Positions 29,092-38,244 of a stretch of DNA of 64,000 nt are shown here, piece after piece. A program made the translations under genes and the position numbers. The notes under the pieces were generated by a model, which saw only the letters and a program-made list of their open reading frames with translations, did no database searches and was not told the origin of the DNA. How positions within the stretch are numbered: the stretch's first letter is position 1; each line of letters starts with the position of its first letter. This DNA is from Candidatus Nomurabacteria bacterium (GTDB lineage: Bacteria > Patescibacteriota > Patescibacteriia > UBA1558 > GWA2-36-10), in contig JACKFO010000002.1 of NCBI GenBank assembly GCA_020632415.1, forward strand, positions 776,413 to 840,412. Direction: 5' to 3'.

Positions 29092-29835
29092 ATGTGGTAT
29101 TTCATCGGGTTTATTTTATTTATCATAGTGATTTCTGTTCGGCAGGTTAATCAATTTGAGCGGGGCATTACTTTTTTACTTGGTAAGTATACCAAAACCA
29201 AACAACCTGGCTGGCGCTTGGTTTTTCCTATTATTCAACAAATGACCAAAGTGGATATCCGAGTGAAAGCAGTCGATGTTCCCGACCAAGACGCTATCAC
29301 CAAGGACAATGTTTCAGTAAACGTCAACGCAGTATTGTACTATAAGGTAGCGTTAGCAGAGAAAGCAATTTTAGAAGTAGAAAATTTTAATTATGCTGTT
29401 TCTCAATTAGCGCAGACTACGATGCGAGATGTAGTCGGAGAAACAACTCTAGACGAATTATTAGCTAATCGTGATGAAATTTCTTCTCGTATTCAACAAA
29501 TCGTTGATCATGCTACTGACCCTTGGGGCGTCAAAGTTGTTTCGGTTGATTTGAAACACATTGAATTGCCAAAAGATATGCAACGCACGATTGCCAAACA
29601 AGCTGAAGCAGAAAGAGAAAAGCGAGCGGTGATTATCAAAGCTGAGGGAGAAGTAATTGCCGCTGAAAACATGGCGAAAGCCGCTGACACTTTGGGTAAA
29701 TCTGCTGGCGCTTTGCATTTAAGAACCTTGCAGTCCATCAATGATCTTTCTTCAGATCAATCCAATACAGTAATTATTGGCTTGCCTTTAGAAATTTTAA
29801 GAGCTTTTGAGGGTTTTAATAAAAAGAAAGAATAG
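29092..29835 (+). CDS. SPFH/band-7 (stomatin/prohibitin-like) membrane protein
   Basis: N-terminal TM helix followed by an SPFH domain and a coiled-coil/Ala-rich C-terminal region. Confidence 0.8.
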   Translation: MWYFIGFILFIIVISVRQVNQFERGITFLLGKYTKTKQPGWRLVFPIIQQMTKVDIRVKAVDVPDQDAITKDNVSVNVNAVLYYKVALAEKAILEVENFNYAVSQLAQTTMRDVVGETTLDELLANRDEISSRIQQIVDHATDPWGVKVVSVDLKHIELPKDMQRTIAKQAEAEREKRAVIIKAEGEVIAAENMAKAADTLGKSAGALHLRTLQSINDLSSDQSNTVIIGLPLEILRAFEGFNKKKE

Positions 29836-29850
29836 TTTTTAAAATTATTT

Positions 29851-30672
29851 ATGATCGGCATTTTTGATTCTGGTTTTGGAGGCTTGTCAGTTTTGCGGGA
29901 GATTGAGCGGGAGTTGTCAGGCTTAAGTTATGTTTATTTGGGTGACAATGCTCGGGCACCTTACGGAGACAAAGATCAAGCGACAATTTATCAATACACC
30001 AAAGAAGCAATTGATTATTTATTTTCTAATTATCCTAATTTGAAGTTAATTATTTTAGCTTGCAATACCGCTTCAGCTGAAGCTCTCCGTAAATTACAAC
30101 AAGAATATCTACCAAAAGCTTACCCGAAACATAATCTTTTAGGAGTAATTCGACCAGTAGCCGAGGAGGCCGTGCTGATTTCTGAGAACAAAAAAATTGC
30201 CGTGATTGGCACACAAGCCACTGTTTCCTCGGGGACTTATGTAGAGGAGTTAAAATTACAAAATCCAAACAGCGTGATTTATCAGCAGGCTTGCCCATTG
30301 TTAGTTCCCTTGGTTGAGGAGTCTCAAGAAGAGAGTGAAGCAGCAAAGCTTATTTTGGAACAGTACTTAGAAATGATTAAAAAAGAGGATTTTGATACGA
30401 TCATCTTGGGTTGTACGCATTATTCTTTTTTAAAGAAAAAAATTGACAGTTTTTTCAAGGGGAAGAAAAAAATTGTCGATGGTGCTATAATAGTAGCAAG
30501 TAAATTAGCCAAATATCTGACTCGTCATCCAGAGTATTTAGAGCAAGATAATTTGGCTCAGCAAAAAATTTTTTTAACAACAGGCAATCAAAAAAAATTT
30601 GAGCAGGCGGCTGAAAAATTTTTAGGTCGCAAGATCAATTGCCAAAATATTAATTTATCATCACGTCTATGA
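29851..30672 (+). CDS. murI: Glutamate racemase
   Basis: IGIFDSGFGGLSV and LACNTASA catalytic-cysteine motifs, second Cys motif GCTHY. Confidence 0.9.
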   Translation: MIGIFDSGFGGLSVLREIERELSGLSYVYLGDNARAPYGDKDQATIYQYTKEAIDYLFSNYPNLKLIILACNTASAEALRKLQQEYLPKAYPKHNLLGVIRPVAEEAVLISENKKIAVIGTQATVSSGTYVEELKLQNPNSVIYQQACPLLVPLVEESQEESEAAKLILEQYLEMIKKEDFDTIILGCTHYSFLKKKIDSFFKGKKKIVDGAIIVASKLAKYLTRHPEYLEQDNLAQQKIFLTTGNQKKFEQAAEKFLGRKINCQNINLSSRL

Positions 30673-31721
30673 TTAAAGAAACAAAAAAACCAGAGCTAGC
30701 CTTTTTTGAAACAGAGGCTTGGGAAGTTGAATACTTAAAGAAAAAATTAAAAGGTTTTAAGTTGCGGTTTTTTGATGGAGTTGTTGATAAAAAAGATTTA
30801 AAAACCTTGAACAATGTAGGAGTCTTATCTCCCTTCATTTATTCTAAAATTAATAAAGACATTTTAGCTGCTTTACCAAATTTAAAAATGATCACAACTC
30901 GTTCTACTGGTTTTGATCATGTTGATTTAAAATTTGCTACTGCTCAAAAAATTAAAGTTTGTAATGTGCCTTTTTATGGAGAAAATACAGTTGCTGAGCA
31001 TGCCTTTGCTTTGATTTTGGCTTTGTCTCGTAATATTCATCTTTCTCATGAACGAACAATGCGCGGAGATTTTCGTCTTGATTGTTTACAAGGTTTTGAT
31101 CTTAAGGGCAAGACAATAGGTATTATTGGCGGTGGTCATATTGGACAGCATGTGGCTAGAATTGCTAATGGTTTTGAGATGAATGTTTTAGTTTCGGATC
31201 CGTATCGTGATCAAAAACTTGCCAAAAAGTTTAAATTTAAATATGAGACTTTAGAAAATTTATTAAAAAAATCAGATGTAATTACTCTCCATGCTCCTTA
31301 TAATAAACATACTCATCATTTGATTAATCGTAAGAATATTAAGTTAATTAAGCCAGGAGCAATTTTGGTTAATACTGCCCGCGGCGGCTTGATCGATACT
31401 ACGGCTTTGGTGGAAGCTTTACGCAAAGGTATTTTGACTGGAATCGGTTTGGATGTTTTGGAGGCAGAGAAATATGTTTTTAAAGAAGAAAGAGAGTTAG
31501 TTTGCCCACAGTTTACTGGCAATCCACGTCAAGACAAAGAATGGTTAAAGACTATTGTTGAACAACATGTTTTAATTAATTCTGAGCGGGTCATTGTCAC
31601 GCCACACAATGCCTTTAATAGTCGGGAAGCCTTGATTAGAATTTTAGACACAACAATTGAAAATATTCTAGACTGGTCAAAAAACAAAAAATTAAAAAAT
31701 CAGGTTTTGATAAAAAAATAA
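30669..31721 (+). CDS. D-isomer-specific 2-hydroxyacid dehydrogenase family protein (D-lactate/glycerate dehydrogenase-like)
   Basis: NAD-binding GIIGGGHIGQHVA, catalytic R/E/H positions (NTARGGLID..., TPHNAF); overlaps the murI stop by 4 nt. Confidence 0.8.
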   Translation: MIKETKKPELAFFETEAWEVEYLKKKLKGFKLRFFDGVVDKKDLKTLNNVGVLSPFIYSKINKDILAALPNLKMITTRSTGFDHVDLKFATAQKIKVCNVPFYGENTVAEHAFALILALSRNIHLSHERTMRGDFRLDCLQGFDLKGKTIGIIGGGHIGQHVARIANGFEMNVLVSDPYRDQKLAKKFKFKYETLENLLKKSDVITLHAPYNKHTHHLINRKNIKLIKPGAILVNTARGGLIDTTALVEALRKGILTGIGLDVLEAEKYVFKEERELVCPQFTGNPRQDKEWLKTIVEQHVLINSERVIVTPHNAFNSREALIRILDTTIENILDWSKNKKLKNQVLIKK

Positions 31722-31726
31722 TTCAA

Positions 31727-31762
31727 ATAAAAAATAAGCCCTCAGGTAGGGCTTATTTTTTA
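31727..31762. terminator. Bidirectional terminator between the convergent dehydrogenase gene and rnj
   Basis: ataagccct-caggt-agggcttat hairpin flanked by A and T runs. Confidence 0.55.
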
Positions 31763-31767
31763 TTTGT

Positions 31768-33690
31768 TTAGACTTCGATTACTACCGGTAAAATCATTGG
31801 TCGACGTTTTGTTTTTTGTAGGACAAATTGACCAACATCATTTCTTAATTTATCTTTTAAGAAATTTTCTTCAATACTAGTTTTGGTAGTATTACATTCA
31901 TTGACTACTTTTTTTACTTTAGCTCGAATTTCTTCGACCACTTCTTTGTTTTCTTTCATGTAGATAAAACCACGAGAAATAATATCAGGAGAGCTGACTA
32001 ATTTGCCGTTTTTACGAGAAATTGTTGCAATCACTACAACCATGCCATCTTCAGCCATCATTTGACGATCGCGTAAAACAACATTGGAAACATCGCCGAT
32101 ACCTAGACCATCAACAAAGACGTAGTCAGTATCTGCTTTTTGTTTAGCAACTTCTAAGCCATTACGATCAAATTCAATGATCATGCCATTTTCTGGCACA
32201 GCAATTTGTTTGTTTTTAAAGTTTAGACTCTGAGCAATTTTTGCTGATTCTTTTAGCATATAATGGTAGGCATAAACTGGAATAAAGTAATCCGGCTTGA
32301 TAGTTTTAAGCATGTGAACAATATCATTTCGATTACCATGACCAGAAACATGAATGTCCATTAATTCGCCGTGAACAACGTTGTCGCATTGACGATATAA
32401 ACCATCTTTTAACCTTTGGATTGTATTTTCATTACCAGGAATAATTGAAGAAGATAAAACTACAGTATCAGATTTTTTGAGTTTTACTTGACGATGGGCA
32501 CCAGAAATAATTCTTGATAAAACAGCATTACCTTCGCCTTGAGCTCCGGTGGCAATGATCAATAATTTATCATCAGGATAATTATGAATTTGATCAATCT
32601 TGATAATAGTTTCTTTTTTGGTTTTGATATAGCCAAGTTCTTTAGCTAATTCAATATTCATTTTCATGCTGTAGCCATCAAGGGCGATTTTTTTACCCAA
32701 AGCTTCAGCTTGAGCGATGATCCAGCCAATTCTCTCAATTTGAGAAGCAAAGGTTCCGATGATTAGACGGCCAGGTGCTTGGGAGATCAATTTGTTTAAA
32801 TTGTCTTTCATCACCTGATGATTGGCAGATGGCCTGACATCAATTGCGCCTAAACTTTCAAGCATTAAGACACTTGGTCTTTTGATTTTGCTCAAGTGAG
32901 CGTAGTCCAAGATTGGTTTACCAGTTTGGTCTCTTTCCAAAGTCCAGTCACCAGGATGAATTATGCTTCCTTGAGGAGTTTCGATGATTACGCCCACGGC
33001 ATCCATAATCGAATGTTCCATCTGAAAAAATTTGATTGTAAATTGTCCAAATTTAAATTGATCGCTGATGCTTTTGATCAAAAGAGCTTTTAGATTTTTG
33101 GAACTATTTTTTTTGTAATCTTCAACTTTGTGTTTGACCATCGCTAAAGTTAGAGGACGACCAACGATCGTTGGATTGCCAAGTTTTTCTAAAAGAATTG
33201 GGGCAGCGCCAATATGGTCCAAATGACCATGAGAAAAAATAACTGCTTTAATATTTTTTTCTTTACCTTTTAGGTAAGAAGTATTAGGAATAATATAGTC
33301 AATGCCATGCATGTCTTCTTCTGGGAATTGTAATCCCATATCAATAATGACAATGTCATTACCATATTCAAAAACAGTCATATTACGACCAACTTCTTCA
33401 CAGCCACCCAAAGGAATGATGCGTAGTTTATTTTTAGCAATTGTTCCACCAGGTCTTTTGATCCAAGGTTTAGAATTTGGTTTGTTATTTTGTTTTTTAT
33501 TGTTAGCGGGCGTTTGTGGCCTGCTATTTTGGCTAGTAACTTTAGTATTTTTGTTTGTACTTTCAGTAGTAGCTTTCTTTCTTTGATTTTGACGATAGTT
33601 TTTTGTAGGCCTTTGAGGCTTAGTGTTTGTGGTTTTTGAATTAGAACCACCAGACAACAGACTATCTGTCGTGTCTTGTACTCTTTTCAT
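31768..33690 (-). CDS. rnj: Ribonuclease J (MBL / beta-CASP) with a roughly 70-aa basic low-complexity N-terminal extension
   Basis: HGHLDHIGA zinc motif, beta-CASP and C-terminal domains; N-terminus rich in K/N/T/Q/R/P. Start placed at the ATG at 33690 to avoid overlapping the upstream gene. Confidence 0.85.
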   Translation of the reverse strand: MKRVQDTTDSLLSGGSNSKTTNTKPQRPTKNYRQNQRKKATTESTNKNTKVTSQNSRPQTPANNKKQNNKPNSKPWIKRPGGTIAKNKLRIIPLGGCEEVGRNMTVFEYGNDIVIIDMGLQFPEEDMHGIDYIIPNTSYLKGKEKNIKAVIFSHGHLDHIGAAPILLEKLGNPTIVGRPLTLAMVKHKVEDYKKNSSKNLKALLIKSISDQFKFGQFTIKFFQMEHSIMDAVGVIIETPQGSIIHPGDWTLERDQTGKPILDYAHLSKIKRPSVLMLESLGAIDVRPSANHQVMKDNLNKLISQAPGRLIIGTFASQIERIGWIIAQAEALGKKIALDGYSMKMNIELAKELGYIKTKKETIIKIDQIHNYPDDKLLIIATGAQGEGNAVLSRIISGAHRQVKLKKSDTVVLSSSIIPGNENTIQRLKDGLYRQCDNVVHGELMDIHVSGHGNRNDIVHMLKTIKPDYFIPVYAYHYMLKESAKIAQSLNFKNKQIAVPENGMIIEFDRNGLEVAKQKADTDYVFVDGLGIGDVSNVVLRDRQMMAEDGMVVVIATISRKNGKLVSSPDIISRGFIYMKENKEVVEEIRAKVKKVVNECNTTKTSIEENFLKDKLRNDVGQFVLQKTKRRPMILPVVIEV

Positions 33691-33721
33691 AACGTTTGTT
33701 AAGTTTTTTAGTTTGTTAATT

Positions 33722-35521
33722 TTAATTAAGTTTTCTCTTGGTTTTGATATACCAGGAGTTAATATTTGAGAACCTATCTGCTGGTAAATTAACAAAATTT
33801 AGATTATCCAAACCTTGTAGTTTTTTACCAACGGGATAAGTGTAAGTTGGATTATATAAAAAAATAGCAAAATGTAATTCTAGTAATTTATTTTGAAAAG
33901 CTTTAAATAATTTTTCTTTCTCCTCGTCATTTTGACTTTGACGAATGTCTTCTAAATATTTATCAATATCTTTGTTTGATAAAATGCTTAAGTTTAGTCC
34001 AGGATTTTTGGTTTGAGAAGAATGCCAAAATGGATATGGTCCAGAATTGATATTGATAATTTCTCCATAAACTAAGACTTCGTAATCTCTGGTTTCGATT
34101 ACATCGCTACGCATTTTATTTTTTGCAACAATCTGTAATTCGGTTTGAATTCCAATATTTTCCCAAAGTTCTTTGATGATGGAAACAGCTTTGACATTTT
34201 CTGGCTGATCAACGGTGGTTAATTTTAAGCTCAGAGTTTTGTCATCTTTTTGGCGAAATTGAGAACCTTCGGTTTTTTTCCAGCCTAGCTCATCTAAGAT
34301 TTTTTCAGCAGCACTAGGATTAAACTTAATGTCTTCTATTTCAGAATCATAGCCAAAAGACTCTGGTAAAATAGGGGAATGAATTACTTGGCCGTCATTA
34401 TTGATCGCTTCACTTAAAATTCTATTTTTATCAACGTCTAGAGCTAAAGCGGTTCGGAAGTCCAAGTTCTTTAATAAATCATTTTTTTCAGGGTTGAAAA
34501 AAACAGCGGTATATTGTGGTGAGTGCAGGCTTTTGAAAACAACGTCTTTGTTTTTTATTACATCTTTGTAGCTTTTTGGTAGATAGATCAAACCATCGAT
34601 GTTTTTGTTTTGCAAAGCAGCGGCAGCTACTTCAAAGTCAGGATAAAATTTTAAAGTTAGTTGGTCGATGTAAGCCTGTCCTAGGTGGTAAGCGTCATAA
34701 GACTCTAAAACATAGTTTTTAATATTTCCACTAGCTTCTTTGGTCAAAGATTTAAATTTGTAAGGTCCAGATCCAATTGGCTTTTTGTTTAATTCAGCAA
34801 GCTGAGCGCCAAAGTCTGGGATGCTGTACCAAAGATGAGCTGGCAAAATACCAACGGTCAAAATAGACAAGAAAGGAGCAAAGGGCTGATCCAAAACAAA
34901 TTGGACTGTTTTATCGTTGACGCGGTTAACACTGACGCCATTAAAACTGCTTCTTAGTGGACTTTTAAATTCGGGATTTTTTATTTTTTCAATGGTAAAG
35001 ATAATATCATCAGCAAGTAGTTCTGTACCATCGTGCCAGAAAAGATTGTCTCTTAGCTCAAAGGTATAAACTTTTTGTTCGGCATCAATAGTGTAGCTAG
35101 CTGCTAAATCAGGGACTACGTTGCCTTGCTCGTCAAATTTCATTAATCCAGAATAAATCAAACGAACCAAATCACGATCAACATCAGAAGTGGCAAGCAG
35201 AGGATTAATCAAGTTTGGTACGCCAATTAAACCTTCGCTGTAAGAGCCACCAAAGTCTGGTGCGGGACTAGAATTTTGCCAATAAAGATTGCTTCCCAAA
35301 AAAAAGATGGCTAAAATTAAAATCAGTGTAGTCAGGCCAAAATGAACCTTCTCTTTTTTATTAAGAATTTTTGAAAGTTGTTTAAATTGAGTCCAGCTAG
35401 GAACTTTTTTTTGATTGAGCTGAGAGATTAACTGGTGATTAATATCTCGTGGTTCTTTTTCAATCAAGAGAGGCTTAATTTTACTGAACAATTTTTTATT
35501 TAATTGCCAAAAAGCAGCCAA
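33722..35521 (-). CDS. ABC transporter substrate-binding protein, family 5 (oligopeptide/nickel type), N-terminally membrane-anchored
   Basis: 599 aa, N-terminal TM helix, overall SBP_bac_5 architecture. Confidence 0.7.
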   Translation of the reverse strand: MAAFWQLNKKLFSKIKPLLIEKEPRDINHQLISQLNQKKVPSWTQFKQLSKILNKKEKVHFGLTTLILILAIFFLGSNLYWQNSSPAPDFGGSYSEGLIGVPNLINPLLATSDVDRDLVRLIYSGLMKFDEQGNVVPDLAASYTIDAEQKVYTFELRDNLFWHDGTELLADDIIFTIEKIKNPEFKSPLRSSFNGVSVNRVNDKTVQFVLDQPFAPFLSILTVGILPAHLWYSIPDFGAQLAELNKKPIGSGPYKFKSLTKEASGNIKNYVLESYDAYHLGQAYIDQLTLKFYPDFEVAAAALQNKNIDGLIYLPKSYKDVIKNKDVVFKSLHSPQYTAVFFNPEKNDLLKNLDFRTALALDVDKNRILSEAINNDGQVIHSPILPESFGYDSEIEDIKFNPSAAEKILDELGWKKTEGSQFRQKDDKTLSLKLTTVDQPENVKAVSIIKELWENIGIQTELQIVAKNKMRSDVIETRDYEVLVYGEIININSGPYPFWHSSQTKNPGLNLSILSNKDIDKYLEDIRQSQNDEEKEKLFKAFQNKLLELHFAIFLYNPTYTYPVGKKLQGLDNLNFVNLPADRFSNINSWYIKTKRKLN

Positions 35522-35620
35522 GGATTTTTTGGCTATTTTTTGTATGTTAAATAACCAATCTTTTTTTAAATTAAAGGAGAGTTTGATATTTTTTATTTTA
35601 ATTGTTAAAGCGAAGCTTTT

Positions 35621-35839
35621 TTAGTAAAAAAGACTTACTAAAGCGGAGAGTAAAAATAGGACACTTAAAACAATAGTTGTGATGAAGATGATTTTTTCTG
35701 CTCCACGTTTTGTACGATAGACAGTAGATTCTCCACCAAAGGCAGCGCCTAAACCAGCGCCTTTTTGCTGTAGTAAAATCAAGATGATCAATAAAATAGC
35801 CACAACAATTTGCACGATATTTAGAATGTTTTGCATATT
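35621..35839 (-). CDS. secG: Preprotein translocase subunit SecG
   Basis: MQNILNIVQIVVAILLIILILLQQKGAGLGAAFGG matches the SecG signature (LLQ.kG.GlgaaFGG); start at the internal ATG. Confidence 0.75.
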   Translation of the reverse strand, partial: NMQNILNIVQIVVAILLIILILLQQKGAGLGAAFGGESTVYRTKRGAEKIIFITTIVLSVLFLLSALVSLFY

Positions 35840-35916
35840 CAGATTTTTAGTACTTTTCTTTAAGAACCTTTGTATATTAACAAAAAGAGCACAACTTGTC
35901 AACCCTGAGAGAAATT

Positions 35917-37512
35917 TTACTGATTTTTTGAGTTTTTTAAGTTTCTGCGATGTGCCTGGCGATAATGTTTGATCCCGAATTTATGAGCTTGATTTCGCAT
36001 ATTTTGGATGAATAAAGATAGCTTTGAATTTTGATCAATTTGTAAAGATTGTTTTTTTCCAGGAATAAAGATCTCTTCTTCCCTTTTGGCCAAAGAAATA
36101 ACTTTTTTTTGCCAAGATTTTTTTAAACTAGGATAAACAGTGTTCAGCTGACCCTTGCCACCATCTAGAATGATCAAATCAGGACTTGGCCACTCAGGGT
36201 GTTTTTGTCGGCGCTCGAGAACCTGTTTTAAAGAAGCGAAATCATCTGGTCCTACTATATTTTTGATTTTAAAAATACGATACTGATCGGCTGCAATTTT
36301 ACCATCAATAAAAACAATCATTGAACCATAAGAAAAGTTTCCTTGAATATTAGAAATATCGTAGACTTCAATTCTCTTCGGTAAATTTTTTAGTTTTAAA
36401 GTTTTTTGTAGTTGGATTAAAATTTCTAGTTTAGAATTATTTAGATTTTTTTGTAAATAATCCTCGGTATTTAATTTAAGTAGCTCTAATAATTTTTTAT
36501 TTTTGCCTTTTTGCGGAACAATATTTTGAATTTGAGAATTTATTAAAATATTTTTTATATCAACTTTAATTGGTGAGATTATTTCTTTTGGCAAATCAGA
36601 GCTTTGACTATAAAATTGTTGCAAGGTGCTTTCTAAGATTTCTTTGATTTTTAGATCAAGTTTGTTGTCAACAATGAAATTAAATTTATCACCTACAGTT
36701 CCGCGTCTGACTTGCAGTAAGCTGATAATTACTTGTTTTTGGAAAATACTAAAATTAATTAAGTCCTGATTAATGTTTTTGGTACTAACAATTTTTTGTT
36801 TTTCTTGTAAACGTTTTAAAGCAAGTATTTGGTTCTTTTTTTTGGCAGCTAGCTCAAATTGTTTTGCCGCGCTAGCCTGAGAAATTTCAGCCAATAGTTT
36901 TTTTTCTAAATCTTTAGTTTCGCCTTTGATGATTTTAACTGCTTCTTTGATTAATTTTTGATATTGATTTTCAGAAATAAATTTTTCACAAGGCCCATCG
37001 CAAAGTCCTAAGTGATACTGTAGACAAACTTTTCCTTTGGGGACAGTTTTCAAATCTCGAAGGCAAGTTCTTAGTGGTAAAATTCGATGTAATAAACGGA
37101 CGATATTTTTGGCGGCCAGAGTAGAAGTGTAAGGGCCGAAATGTTGACCTTTTAGCTTTTCGCGACCATGACTGACAACGATTCGAGGAAAAGCCTGTTC
37201 TGTGATCACAATATAGCCCCAGTTTTTATCATCTTTTAAAACGATGTTGTATTTTGGTTGATGTTTTTTGATTTGCCCAGCTTCAAGTAGCAAGCTTTCT
37301 AATTCGCTATCAACAATCGTGTACTGAATCTTTGTGATTTCAGAGAGCATATTTTGTTTAGCCTCTGTTAGATCATTTACACGTAACCAATACGAATTAA
37401 CTCTTTTTTTGAGATTTTTGGCTTTGCCAATATAAATAATCTTCCCTGTTTTATTGAGGAAAAAATAAATACCTGGTTTTTCTGGGATATTTTTGATATT
37501 GTCAGGAGTCAT
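35917..37512 (-). CDS. uvrC: Excinuclease ABC subunit C
   Basis: N-terminal GIY-YIG domain (PGIYFFLNKTGKIIYIGKAKNLKKRV), UvrBC-interaction region, C-terminal RNase H-like endonuclease and HhH region. Confidence 0.9.
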   Translation of the reverse strand: MTPDNIKNIPEKPGIYFFLNKTGKIIYIGKAKNLKKRVNSYWLRVNDLTEAKQNMLSEITKIQYTIVDSELESLLLEAGQIKKHQPKYNIVLKDDKNWGYIVITEQAFPRIVVSHGREKLKGQHFGPYTSTLAAKNIVRLLHRILPLRTCLRDLKTVPKGKVCLQYHLGLCDGPCEKFISENQYQKLIKEAVKIIKGETKDLEKKLLAEISQASAAKQFELAAKKKNQILALKRLQEKQKIVSTKNINQDLINFSIFQKQVIISLLQVRRGTVGDKFNFIVDNKLDLKIKEILESTLQQFYSQSSDLPKEIISPIKVDIKNILINSQIQNIVPQKGKNKKLLELLKLNTEDYLQKNLNNSKLEILIQLQKTLKLKNLPKRIEVYDISNIQGNFSYGSMIVFIDGKIAADQYRIFKIKNIVGPDDFASLKQVLERRQKHPEWPSPDLIILDGGKGQLNTVYPSLKKSWQKKVISLAKREEEIFIPGKKQSLQIDQNSKLSLFIQNMRNQAHKFGIKHYRQAHRRNLKNSKNQ

Positions 37513-37537
37513 ATAAGTATTATAACGGAAATATAGA

Positions 37538-37566
37538 TTGACATAAATAGGGCAGAGTTTTAGACT
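37538..37566 (+). promoter_or_regulatory. Consensus sigma70 promoter TTGACA-17-TAGACT driving GC-rich islet B
   Basis: -35 TTGACA at 37538-37543, exact 17-nt spacer, -10 TAGACT at 37561-37566. Confidence 0.5.
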
Positions 37567-37616
37567 TATAAAGGTTAACGGTTCTTCAAATCAGAATCAA
37601 ATCATGGAGGCCTCAG

Positions 37617-37745
37617 GTGAAGATACTTGATTGCTTAGTTTTGATTGGCGTAGGCATTTGCCTCGGCTGTCGTTGGCTTTGGTTTCAAGCTAGGTCATTG
37701 CTTACCGGTCAGCCTTTTGACATGGAAGATGTCTGGGGCGACTAG
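37617..37745 (+). CDS. Candidate 42-aa hydrophobic peptide (GTG start; VKILDCLVLIGVGICLGCRWLWFQARSLLTGQPFDMEDVWGD)
   Basis: GGAGG SD 7 nt upstream of the GTG; GC-rich codons; not in the ORF track (too short, non-ATG start). Confidence 0.25.
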   Translation: MKILDCLVLIGVGICLGCRWLWFQARSLLTGQPFDMEDVWGD

Positions 37746-37761
37746 AAAGGAGGAGTCTGTC

Positions 37762-37899
37762 ATGTACGTTAGAGAAACATGGTCGGAAAAGTTAGTTGAT
37801 CGTTTGTGCTTGATCGCAATTCAATTGTTTTGTTACGCTCTGGTTTACGTCATTATTAAGCCCGCATCTTTCATAAGTACGCATAAGAGAAATTATTGA
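37762..37899 (+). CDS. Small single-TM protein (45 aa, MYVRETWSEKLVDRLCLIAIQLFCYALVYVIIKPASFISTHKRNY)
   Basis: Perfect AAAGGAGG SD 7 nt upstream of the ATG; hydrophobic core; basic tail. Confidence 0.4.
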   Translation: MYVRETWSEKLVDRLCLIAIQLFCYALVYVIIKPASFISTHKRNY

Positions 37900-37914
37900 A
37901 ACAGGAGGTGGCAG

Positions 37915-38121
37915 ATGAAATTGGTAGTGCAAAACATTTGTCCGCACTGTCGTAGATTTGTCTCGGGTGAGTATTGCCCGGGGGAAGTTCACAATTGTCC
38001 ATATGGAGACTGTGGACAGCAATTTTACGTGGTCTTTTTCGAAGATAACATCGCTTTCGTGATGCAGTACCCAGAAGATTTTCAGCGGTACGCACAGGAA
38101 TTTTTACCAGGAGTATTCTGA
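37915..38121 (+). CDS. Small zinc-ribbon protein (CPHC...CPYGDC), 68 aa
   Basis: AGGAGG SD 6 nt upstream; four Cys in a CxxC-x13-CxxxxC arrangement; GC-rich codon usage unlike the host. Confidence 0.45.
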   Translation: MKLVVQNICPHCRRFVSGEYCPGEVHNCPYGDCGQQFYVVFFEDNIAFVMQYPEDFQRYAQEFLPGVF

Positions 38122-38147
38122 TGAAAAGGAGGAATGACATCTGAGAT

Positions 38148-38180
38148 CCGTTAGGCGCCCTAGGGCCTAACGGATTTTTT
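38148..38180 (+). terminator. GC-rich intrinsic terminator closing islet B (ccgttaggc...gcctaacgg plus T7)
   Basis: 9-bp perfect stem followed by ATTTTTTT. Confidence 0.6.
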
Positions 38181-38244
38181 TATTAATTAAAAAACTTAAC
38201 TCTTGGTCTAGAGTTAAGTTTTATGTTTGTGGGTTCATATTTGT

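Noticed and set aside
38121-38147. Tiny ORFs MKRRNDI / MTSEIR after the zinc-ribbon gene despite an AAGGAGG motif
   Set aside because: Only 6-7 codons, running into the terminator stem. The SD-like sequence may be coincidental or part of the terminator context.
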